A stretch of DNA of 64,000 bases from Diplonema japonicum. Its lineage: Eukaryota > Protista > Euglenozoa: Diplonemea. This document shows positions 55,615-64,000 of this stretch, piece by piece. The notes under the pieces were generated by a model, which was not told the origin of the DNA, searched no databases, and saw only the letters and a program-made list of their open reading frames with translations. Position numbers and translations under genes: made by a program. Location: positions 248,001 through 312,000 of the forward strand of contig OZ025709.1 of NCBI GenBank assembly GCA_964019335.1. Reading direction: 5' to 3'. Within the stretch, counting starts at the first letter, position 1. Each line of letters opens with the position of its first letter.

Positions 55615-57789
55615 TCAATTGGCAGGGGCGGGGGCCGGGCCCACAGAGGCTGCCCGTCCACGGCCGGCCCCGTTGGGGGAAGCAGAGTCGCCAGCCAGCG
55701 ACTGGGCGCGTCCCCTTCCGCCCCCTTGCTCCGTCGATGTCGGGTAGGGGCCTGGAGTGCTTACGCCCTGCGCCTGGTGCCCCTTCGTCCCTGCCTTGGA
55801 CCCAGCCTTGCCGCCCTTGCCCTTCCCAGCAACTGCCGTCCGCCCAGCACCGTCTGCAGATGACGCCGGCGCGCCAAGTGACGCTGCCATCTTCTCCTGG
55901 AGGTCGCGGACCGTCGCCTGCAGACCGTCGATGGTCGCCTGCATCGACTGGATCAGCGCGAGGAGCGCCGGGACCTCAGGTTCCGGTGCGGGATTCTTCT
56001 TCTGGGAGTCACGGGGAGGTGTCGTGGTCGGGGAAGCCGCAGAGGAGACCGGAGTCACAGTGCCAAGTGGCGGAGGGGCAACAGAGCTCGGTGGAGATGA
56101 CCACGGATTGGTGCTCGGCAGCCCTGTGGACTGCACCGTGGGGCCAGGGGCCGGCGTCGGCGTCTGGGCCGTGGTTGCCGCAACCGGCGTCCGAGCCGCG
56201 GGTGGAGCCTTCTTGTTGGTGCGGGGCGGGAGCGTGACGCTCGGGTGGTCTTCCGCGTCGTGCAGTCGAACGAGACGAGAGCCGAAGAGCCATGTCCTGG
56301 CCTTGGGGGGCGGGGCGTCGGCGACGATGAAGAACACGAGTTGCCTCGTGCCCTGGAACGCCGTGTCAGAGCGTCGGATGATGGACGACGGCTTCCAACC
56401 GATGTGGTCCATCATCCCGTCGAAGGCTGCCCTGGTAACAGACAGCGGGGCTCCGGTGAGCAGGTACCGTCGCTTTGTCCTCTGCTTGGCGAGGGCCTCC
56501 CTCAGACGCTGCTCCGTCTCCGGCAGGCACCTCACGGTCCAACCCTTGCGATGGGCCACCCCCAGGGACAACCCGCCCAGTGCCTTCGCCAGCTGGAAGG
56601 CCTCCGCCCTCCCCTCCGCTACGATGGGCACGTAGGTGTACCCCCCGCGCCGCTCGGTCGTCCTGACCATGCAGCCGTCGCCCGAGGCCCGGAGTACCGC
56701 ATGGACGGATGCCGCCGGGAGCCGCAGGCCCACCTCGTGGCTCCAGTGACGCGCCCGCGGCTCGTTCCCGTCGATCTTCTTCGGGCGGAAGATCGCCTGC
56801 TCCTCCACCGCCACGCCCTGGGTCGCGACGAGGTCCCGAACCCTGGCCTTCGCCGCGTTCACGCTGTCAGCTTTCACGCTGACGTACACTACCTCAGAGC
56901 CGCCATCGAAAGAAGCGAGTGGGGTGTAGGAGGGGGGGTTCGACCCGACCGAGAAGGTGTGCACGGCCTTGTGCACGACACGCTGGCCGGCGAGCACGAT
57001 GACGGTGCATGGGGTGGTCGAACCGGCAACCTCCGTCAAGAGGACGAAGGTCAGGGAGGCCGTGGGCCTCGCAGTGCGAATCGCGTCCACCTGCTGGAGG
57101 TCGTCGAGAGCGACGACGGCGCGGGGCACCTCCTCAGGGGGAGCAGTGTTGGTGTAGATGGGGGCGTCCCACGTGTCGGGGACCAGATCCCAGCGAGGCT
57201 CTGGGGCCGGTGCGGGAGCGGGGGCCGTGTTCTCGTCGGTGTCAGAGTCCGACATGGGGAGGGCGGTGTCGCAGGCAGCGGCAGTGAGGACGGCAGTAGA
57301 CCACACGGCAGCAGTAGGGGCTGGAGCCGGAGTAGGAGCAGTGGTGTCAGCAGTAGAGGCTGGAGCAGGCGCAGGAGCAGTGGTGTCGGCAGCAGCAGGT
57401 GCAGGAGCAGTGGTGTCGGCAGCAGCAGTCCTCATCCTCGCCCTCCTGACCTCTGGCGTGTCGACCGTGAACGAGGTGAAAACGCCCGGCGACTCGCTAA
57501 TCAAGACGACAGAGTCGTCGGAGCCCGAAGCAGCGGCGGCGGCGGCGGTGGCAGCGTCAGCAGCTGCTGCCTTCTGTCTGGCCCTTCTGGCCGCCTTCTT
57601 CCCTTGCCCGGGGGAGGGTGTCACCACCGGCGTGACCCCCTCTGCGCGCTTCCTCTCCACCTCCTCGCGCGTGCGCTTCGCCCTGGCGGCGGCGTTGTCC
57701 TTTACCCGCTCCCCGCGGGCTTTCTCCAGGATTTCCTCTGTCCTGGACTTGTGGTGTGGGGGCCTCTTCTTCTTGCTGGAGGTCGACAT
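55615..57789 (-). CDS. LINE-D ORF1 (gag-like; Ala/Pro/Thr-rich linker, short C-terminal coiled coil)
   Basis: ATG at 57789 (MSTSSKKK) opens a ~724-aa frame ending ~100 bp before ORF2. Confidence 0.7.
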   Translation of the reverse strand: MSTSSKKKRPPHHKSRTEEILEKARGERVKDNAAARAKRTREEVERKRAEGVTPVVTPSPGQGKKAARRARQKAAAADAATAAAAAASGSDDSVVLISESPGVFTSFTVDTPEVRRARMRTAAADTTAPAPAAADTTAPAPAPASTADTTAPTPAPAPTAAVWSTAVLTAAACDTALPMSDSDTDENTAPAPAPAPEPRWDLVPDTWDAPIYTNTAPPEEVPRAVVALDDLQQVDAIRTARPTASLTFVLLTEVAGSTTPCTVIVLAGQRVVHKAVHTFSVGSNPPSYTPLASFDGGSEVVYVSVKADSVNAAKARVRDLVATQGVAVEEQAIFRPKKIDGNEPRARHWSHEVGLRLPAASVHAVLRASGDGCMVRTTERRGGYTYVPIVAEGRAEAFQLAKALGGLSLGVAHRKGWTVRCLPETEQRLREALAKQRTKRRYLLTGAPLSVTRAAFDGMMDHIGWKPSSIIRRSDTAFQGTRQLVFFIVADAPPPKARTWLFGSRLVRLHDAEDHPSVTLPPRTNKKAPPAARTPVAATTAQTPTPAPGPTVQSTGLPSTNPWSSPPSSVAPPPLGTVTPVSSAASPTTTPPRDSQKKNPAPEPEVPALLALIQSMQATIDGLQATVRDLQEKMAASLGAPASSADGAGRTAVAGKGKGGKAGSKAGTKGHQAQGVSTPGPYPTSTEQGGGRGRAQSLAGDSASPNGAGRGRAASVGPAPAPAN

Positions 57790-57817
57790 GTTTCTTTTCT
57801 TTTCTTTTCTTTTCTTC

Positions 57818-57974
57818 CCCGGGTAGCTGGGTAAATACGCCCCGGGTAGCTGGGTAAATACGCCCCGGGTAGCTGGGTAAATACGCCCCGGGTAGCTGGG
57901 TAAATACGCCCCGGGTAGCTGGGTAAATACGCCCCGGGTAGCTGGGTAAATACGCCCCGGGTAGCTGGGTAAAT
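57818..57974. repeat. Perfect 23-bp tandem repeat (cccgggtagctgggtaaatacgc), ~6.8 copies
   Basis: Identical units with no spacers, immediately upstream of LINE-D ORF1. Confidence 0.95.
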
Positions 57975-58212
57975 GTCGGATCATTGTATGAATATTGCGA
58001 TTGATTAAAATATGTTGAAAGAAAGTCGCAATCACGATTTAAATAACCTGTGGCCTTTCAAGAAAAGTCCACTCCTTCCTCTCGGGTTTGATTTTTCATC
58101 GGTGGACTCGTTGTGTCACAACTTTTTATTTAAGGCTTTTTTGAAATTTTTATTTTTGAATTTTTATCATTTGGAGTTGCCTCTTCTTCTTCCCCTCTCC
58201 CTCCCATAAAGG

Positions 58213-58261
<49 letters not shown>

Positions 58262-58483
58262 GGCATACAAAGTTAGAAGCCGCGCCGACAAAAAAAAAGA
58301 AAAAGAAAAGAAAAAGAGAATCCGAGCAGGGTACAAAGGGGAGAAAAAAAAAAACAAGAAAAAAAAAGCTAGATTTGGAAAAGGGCAAAATGGGTACCAT
58401 CAACAACACACCTCACCTTTATAGTAATGTCTTGCGCTGGGACTCGTGAGATAAAAGCTAAAGTAACATAAAACCGTTTGGAT

Positions 58484-59134
58484 TCACCAGTTGTATGTAT
58501 AAGGGTTAGTATGGTAAGGAATATCATATTCCCTCCGGTCCTGCACGTGGCGGAAAACGTGCGACTTCGGAGAGGTTTGCAGTGTGTGGAGGGTGATCTC
58601 CTGCCCCGACGTCAACACGTAGGGGGTCCCGTCAAAGGCCGGCAGCCGATAGCTAGCGATGGCCGTAGCCTCAGCTACGGTGGGGAGTTGTAAATAAATA
58701 GTGGTGATCCCAGGTGTTCCAGGCGAAGGGTTCTTTTGCACACCAACCTCGTAATCTCCTGGTGCTACTTCTGACTTGCAGGTGGTATTGAAGTGCTGTA
58801 CTAGCCGCATGGCGTCCTTCTCACCCAGATCTGCCACACCCCGTACTTGCAGCATCACCACCTTCGTGTCCTGTCGCGGGTCCTGGTTCAATGTCACAAC
58901 CTTCACACCTTCGTATTCAACATGCAACGTTTTCAACACCCATCGCAAGGGTCCGTCTGCCTCTTCCGTGTTCCCCTGCACCGGGTACACCAGTAAGTCC
59001 TGCCGCCCGTAACACGTAGGCGACACAAGGTGCACTTGATGCGTGGCAAAGCCTGCTAGCCGCAGCTTCATGACTGTCAAGTCGTAGCTGGCGCCTTGTA
59101 TGAGCAGACCCTTTCGGCATTGTCTCGGTCGCAT
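58484..59134 (-). CDS. Hypothetical protein or fragment
   Basis: 216-aa ORF of balanced composition between homopolymer tracts, after a poly(A)-ATG context. No domain recognised. Confidence 0.35.
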   Translation of the reverse strand: MRPRQCRKGLLIQGASYDLTVMKLRLAGFATHQVHLVSPTCYGRQDLLVYPVQGNTEEADGPLRWVLKTLHVEYEGVKVVTLNQDPRQDTKVVMLQVRGVADLGEKDAMRLVQHFNTTCKSEVAPGDYEVGVQKNPSPGTPGITTIYLQLPTVAEATAIASYRLPAFDGTPYVLTSGQEITLHTLQTSPKSHVFRHVQDRREYDIPYHTNPYTYNW

Positions 59135-59236
59135 TTTTTTTTTGTTTTTTTTTTTTTTTTTTTTTTTTTTTGAAGTGAGTACGGTTGGGTAGAACTGTTG
59201 GAATGGATGTCACCTTTTTTAAAAAAAAAAAAATAA

Positions 59237-59827
59237 TAGCTATTTATTGCCAACAAATAATGAGTCATTATTTAACTCGAGTTCCCGAATTTTTTGCACG
59301 AGGGCCCGCAGGGCCCGAGTGCAAAAAAACGGTAACGAGTGTTAAATAATGGCTCATTTGGCGGCAAGTAAGTCGTTTTATTTCACTTTTCGTCATTTGA
59401 GTCACTCACTCTTCACTGCTTTCACTGCTGTTTTTTTTCACGCAGGTCAGCTTTTTGGGGATTTTCCTAAGGTAATACAGGGTAGCTATTTCGCCGTGGT
59501 ATTTAAAGGGGAAGTAAAGCACTTATTCCCACTTTTAAGGGCTGGAATGGCCTCAGATGGCCAAAAATAGTCAAAATACCCCCACCCCAAAAATATTTTT
59601 CAAGGGGTTGGGTGCATTTTTTTCCACGACAAGACCCATTTTTTCACTCTGAAGGGCCATTATTTCACTCTGAAGGGCCATTATTTAACTGCAAAATCTC
59701 ATTATTTAACTAGTTAAATAATGGCGATTTCGCGTTAAATAATGGCCGTTTCGCGTTAAATAATGGCCATTTCGCGTTAAATAATGAGGCCCCTAGTGAG
59801 TGAAGAAAATGACGAAGAGTGAAATAA
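59237..59827 (-). mobile_element. Asymmetric-IR non-autonomous element, copy 2
   Basis: Near-identical to 33707..34257, with a ~20-bp internal duplication and an extra 21-bp unit. Confidence 0.85.
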
Positions 59828-60190
59828 ATAAATAAATAATGCCCAAAAAAGTGCCCAGAATCGGGCGGAAATCTTTGCATGCAGTGCGTGCGACCGTCAA
59901 AAGAAGCTGGTGAGGCTGAAGTGATGCGTAGAGGCGATAAAACGACAAATGAGGACCTTCGGTCTTGTTGCTTGGAGAGCCGGTTCCAGTAGGAGGGCTT
60001 TGGGCTTTCCAGTAATATGCTCAACGGGGGTCGAACATATCACACTTGTGTTTCAAAAAAGGAACTCAAAAAAGGGCCCCTTTTTTTTAAAAAAATGGGG
60101 CATTCGGTGAATAGTGTTACTTGGTAAGAAAAAAAAAAGAAGAAGAAAAACAAACAAACAATATAAGCTCCTTCTTACAAAAGAAAAAAA

Positions 60191-60742
60191 TAACTATTTA
60201 TTGCCAACAAATAATGAGTCATTATTTAACTCGAGTTCCCGAATTTTTTGCACGAGTGCAAAAAAACGGGTAACGAGAGTTAAATAATGGCTCATTTGGC
60301 GGCAAGTAAGTCGTTTTATTTCACTCTTCGTCATTTGAGTCACTCACTCTTCACTGCTTTCACTGCTGTTTTTTTTCACGCAGGTCAGCCTTTTTGGGGA
60401 GTTTCCTAAGGTAATATGGGGTTGCTATTTCGCCGTGGCATTTAAAGGGGAAGTAAGGCACTTATTCCCACTTTTAAGGGCTGGAATGGCCTCAGATGGC
60501 CAAAAATAGTCAAAATACCCCCACCCCAAAAAAATTTTTTCAAGGGGTTGGGTGCATTTTTTTCCACGGCGAGACTCATTTTTCCACTCTGAAGGGCCAT
60601 TATTTAACTGCAAAATCTCATTATTTAACTAGTTAAATAATGGCGATTTCGCGTTAAATAATGGCCGTTTCGCGTTAAATAATGGCCATTTCGCGTTAAA
60701 TAATGAGGCCCCTAGTGAGTGAAGAAAATGACGAAGAGTGAA

Positions 60743-60746
<4 letters not shown>
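60191..60746 (-). mobile_element. Asymmetric-IR non-autonomous element, copy 3
   Basis: Near-identical to copies 1 and 2; the tip of the GC hairpin is deleted (TTTTTTGCACGAGTGCAAAAAA). Confidence 0.85.
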
Positions 60747-60782
<36 letters not shown>

Positions 60783-61040
60783 AAAGGCGGTATTCAGTGA
60801 AAAAAAAAGAGGGGGGGTGAGGAGAAAGGAAAAAAAAAGGAAAATAAAAAAATAATAAAAAAGAGAAGAAGAAAAAAATACGAAAGGACACATTTTTTTT
60901 TTCCAACGACGCGTAGCAAATTAGAAGGGGAAAAAAAAGAGAGAAAAAAATAATATAATGTATCCATCGACTACCTTCTTTTTCTTCTCCCCCCCCTCCT
61001 TTCTCCTTTCTAAGGGTTTTCCTTTTCACTCATTCGCTCC

Positions 61041-61089
<49 letters not shown>

Positions 61090-61208
61090 TTTCTTTCTGT
61101 TATCCATGCAGCGCCGTTATTTCTAATCCCAAGGGAATAAAAAAAGAGGCAGCTTGCATAGAGGGGAAAACGGGGGGATGGAATGGAAGAACGAACTGAA
61201 AATCTTTC

Positions 61209-62489
61209 TTAAAGATCCTTGTGTGTAAATGCGAGCTCGCCAGAGGCAAAGGGCGCGACCACATGACACGAAGAAGAAGAAACATAATACTTGTGCGTGG
61301 TGATGCCTTCGAGCCCAACCGGCCCGCGTGGGGGCATGTTGGAGGTGGAGACACCTACCTCCGCACCGAAACCGTACCGAAACCCGTCAGCGAAACGGGT
61401 GGAGCAGTTGTGAAAAACACCGGCAGAGGGAACCACGCTCTGGAACGCTTCCGCGGTGGCGAGATCTTCAGTAACAATACAATCCGTGTGTTTTGACCCG
61501 TATTCAATGATATGATCGACGGCCGAGTCCACTGAAGGAACTATCTTGATGGACACCTCCTTGTCACAATATTCAACTGCCCAGTTGGACACCGGTTCGA
61601 CTCCGTACTTCCCCGCTATTTTCTCACACCCGTTGACTGCCACACCGGACAACCTGCATTTTTCGAGAAACTCCGCGACAAATCTTGCCTCTACATTCTC
61701 GTGAACGAGAATAGTTTCCACTGAATTGCAAGCGGAAGGGTATTGGGTTTTGGAATCCATGCAGATGTCGTGTGCCTTTGCAAGATCAGCGTTCTCATCT
61801 ATGTAGATGTGGCAGATACCGTCCGCGTGGCCGAGGACAGGGATGGTTGTGTTTTGCTGGACGAATTGTACGAACTGATTGCTGCCTCTGGGGATGATCA
61901 AATCGATCTCGCTGCTGCATCCGAGCATGGCGTGGGTTTCCTCTCTTGAAGTGAGGAGTGCGATCGCATCCGGAGGAATCGATGTTTTTGCCAGAGCTCT
62001 TTGGAGCGTTGAAACGATGGCGGTGCACGTTTCAACAGCTTCTCGCCCGCATTTTAAAATCACCCCGTTCCCGGACTTGACCGCCAACGATGCAATCTGC
62101 ACTGCGGCATCCGGACGGGCTTCAAAAATTATCCCGAGCACACCTAAGGGAACAGTCTTTCTTTTCAGAACCAATCCTTCAGAAAGCTCTCTGTGGATCT
62201 GAACGTGGCCCAGCGGGTCTGCCAGCCGTTTCAGGTCCCTCACACCAGCTACCGATCCTTCAAACTTCCCCCCGTTGAATCCCAACCGGCCCCTCATGGC
62301 GTTGGAGACTTCTGAGTCACCTGCTGCCTTGTCCATGTCATGTTTGTTGGCCTCTTCTATCACCGCCCTGTCGCTTTCCAACCCCCTTGCCACCGCTTCA
62401 AGAGCATCGTTTCTGGCCTCCAAGCTGCTCACCGCAGTTTGTTTTGCTGACTTGCGGACGAGCTGTGCAAGAGAGCGAACATTTTTCAT
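61209..62489 (-). CDS. proA: Gamma-glutamyl phosphate reductase (stand-alone)
   Basis: PLGVLGIIFEARPD, KSGNGVILK, IIPRGSN, GHADGICH, YPSACNSVET, STRFADGFRYGFGAEVG, RGPVGLEG. Confidence 0.95.
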   Translation of the reverse strand: MKNVRSLAQLVRKSAKQTAVSSLEARNDALEAVARGLESDRAVIEEANKHDMDKAAGDSEVSNAMRGRLGFNGGKFEGSVAGVRDLKRLADPLGHVQIHRELSEGLVLKRKTVPLGVLGIIFEARPDAAVQIASLAVKSGNGVILKCGREAVETCTAIVSTLQRALAKTSIPPDAIALLTSREETHAMLGCSSEIDLIIPRGSNQFVQFVQQNTTIPVLGHADGICHIYIDENADLAKAHDICMDSKTQYPSACNSVETILVHENVEARFVAEFLEKCRLSGVAVNGCEKIAGKYGVEPVSNWAVEYCDKEVSIKIVPSVDSAVDHIIEYGSKHTDCIVTEDLATAEAFQSVVPSAGVFHNCSTRFADGFRYGFGAEVGVSTSNMPPRGPVGLEGITTHKYYVSSSSCHVVAPFASGELAFTHKDL

Positions 62490-62560
62490 TTTCTATTTTT
62501 TTTTTGTTCCCCCGTTTCTGGGAGAAGAGTTTTCGGGACGGAAAAAAAAAAAAAATAGAG

Positions 62561-62596
<36 letters not shown>

Positions 62597-62717
62597 AAAA
62601 AAAACTCGTTCAAAGTATATTTACACTTTTTTTCTTTCTTTCTTCTTTTCGTTCTTTTCTTCCCCTCTCCTCCATGTTTTCCAACATTTTCCCACTTTTC
62701 CACTTTCCCAAAATCAT

Positions 62718-63470
62718 TCAGAGCATGAAGGCCAAGTCTGTGTTCGTTTGCCCGTCTCCGAAGTAGTAGTACCCATAAATCGGCGTCGATGGTTTGTGGT
62801 ACCAAACCGCACCAGGGTACAACAGAGAAGAACCGAAAATGGTGCCCAACGCGGGATCGAGCTTGAGGGACCAGATGCCCTGCGGGGTGTCTTGTGCGAT
62901 GCTTTCATTGATGTCGATAGAAGGAACGGAAGACTCCGACTTGAGAAGCGACGGTTCATAGACGGTATCTTTAAAAGGTCGGTGGAGGTAGGAACTGAGC
63001 CTACCAGCTGCGGAAGGGGGTAAACCTGTGAAGGCAAGGTTCTGTTCTATACTACCGACTTCATTCTTTGAGAAGGCACCCCGTGGGGCTACTGCAACGT
63101 TCCTGTCACAGTCTCGTATGAACACACCAAGCCTCTGTACCTCTCGGACAGCGACACCACCGATAGTGTATCCATAGGCAGGGTCCCCTACAAAGTTTCC
63201 TCGGATCTTCCTGCACACCTCCGAAACGCTCTCATCCACAACCGGTACAAGGTACCACCTGTTGCCGCCATCTGTGCTGTAGAGCCCTGTGCCACCGTCG
63301 CTTCCTTGACATATCAGGTAATCCCCTTGTATACCAATCACCTTTCCCCAAAACTGAACCTCGTCCTTGTACTCATAAGACAGCAGGGGCAACGATCTCT
63401 CTAATGAGGCCACATCCGATGAGGCAAGCCTGTTGCCTTGGTGCCCTAGGAACGAGATTTCGCAGGGCAT
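62718..63470 (-). CDS. RSPH9: Flagellar radial spoke head protein 9
   Basis: FWGKVIGIQGDYLI, VAPRGAF, SLLYPG..H...YGYYYFGDGQTNTDLAFML C-terminus characteristic of RSP9. Confidence 0.85.
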   Translation of the reverse strand: MPCEISFLGHQGNRLASSDVASLERSLPLLSYEYKDEVQFWGKVIGIQGDYLICQGSDGGTGLYSTDGGNRWYLVPVVDESVSEVCRKIRGNFVGDPAYGYTIGGVAVREVQRLGVFIRDCDRNVAVAPRGAFSKNEVGSIEQNLAFTGLPPSAAGRLSSYLHRPFKDTVYEPSLLKSESSVPSIDINESIAQDTPQGIWSLKLDPALGTIFGSSLLYPGAVWYHKPSTPIYGYYYFGDGQTNTDLAFML

Positions 63471-64000
63471 TTCCTTTTTTTCTTTTCTTTTTCAACCCCA
63501 CCCCAGATTCCCTGGATTTGTAGAATAATTAAGAAACTGGGCGGTGAATGGTGGTGGGGGGGGGGGGGGGGGGGTTGAAAGAGATGCAAATAAAAAAAAA
63601 AGATAAAAAGAAAAAAAAAAAAAAAAAAAAAAAGGGTGTAAATGGAAAGAGACACCCGCTATTGGTGTCACTGGAGGAAAAAAAAAAGTGGGGGGGGGAT
63701 AAAAAACAGAGAGAGTTGTTAATTAAATATTGTACAGCGATGGTTATGATTTTATTTTTTATAGTTTTCTTTTTTTTTTGAGAGGAAATAAAGAGGGGGA
63801 AGAAAGGGGGGGGAAAAAAAAAGCAAAAGAAAAAAAAAGGGGGGAGGGGAAACTAGTCGTGAGGCCTCGACTGAGATTGTGAAATCAATGATTATATATC
63901 TACACGAATATCTCGGGGGAAAAAAAAAAATCTTCAAACCACGGACTTGCGGTGAGTGGGTGTCCTCGAAGGGGACTGAACCCAGGTCTGCGGCTTGACA

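Larger units (their letters stand above)
50762..57975 (-). mobile_element. Non-LTR retrotransposon LINE-D, long ORF1 + 2A-like-APE-RT-RNase H with one premature stop
   Basis: ORF1 55615..57789; ORF2 51307..55518, with an in-frame TGA at 52522-52524; 5' 23-bp tandem array. Confidence 0.9.

Noticed and set aside
57818-57974. CRISPR-like array
   Set aside because: Contiguous identical units with no spacers, no cas genes, and a eukaryotic context.
63955-64000. tRNA-like T-arm/B-box (GACCTGGGTTCAGTCCCC on the minus strand) at the window edge
   Set aside because: Truncated by the window and the T-stem is imperfect. It may be a tRNA pseudogene or SINE but cannot be called.
1-64000. Spliced-leader RNA gene as the retroelement target
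   Set aside because: I found no recognisable euglenozoan SL exon (..CAGTTTCTGTACT..) on either strand.

Overview
Eukaryotic nuclear DNA, inferred to be from a euglenozoan protist and most likely a diplonemid. Evidence for this: almost every gene is on the minus strand, RPB1 lacks heptad CTD repeats, introns are short (40-62 nt, GT-AG), U5 snRNA is canonical, and the LSU rRNA sarcin-ricin context is kinetoplastid-like. Host genes are RPB1, NEDD8, an AlkB-family dioxygenase, a CBS-domain protein, a stand-alone ProA, radial spoke protein 9, a 1263-aa Asp/Lys-repeat membrane protein, a Cys-rich surface protein, tRNA-Tyr(GUA, with intron), tRNA-Val(AAC) and U5 snRNA. About half the window is mobile DNA: four APE-RT-RNase H non-LTR retrotransposons, one non-autonomous derivative, two intron-containing pogo/DDE_1 transposons, MULE remnants and a non-autonomous element with asymmetric inverted repeats. 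The main finding is that both tRNA genes have a retroelement poly(A) tail 5-6 bp upstream of their first nucleotide. Upstream of tRNA-Val, four elements form a 21-kb head-to-tail stack, which suggests a family of tRNA-upstream-targeting retrotransposons with ORF1 plus 2A. Two of the elements carry a PDZ-like insert in the RT. Two isolated LSU rRNA pieces also lie among the protein-coding genes. All calls were made by eye, with no database searches.
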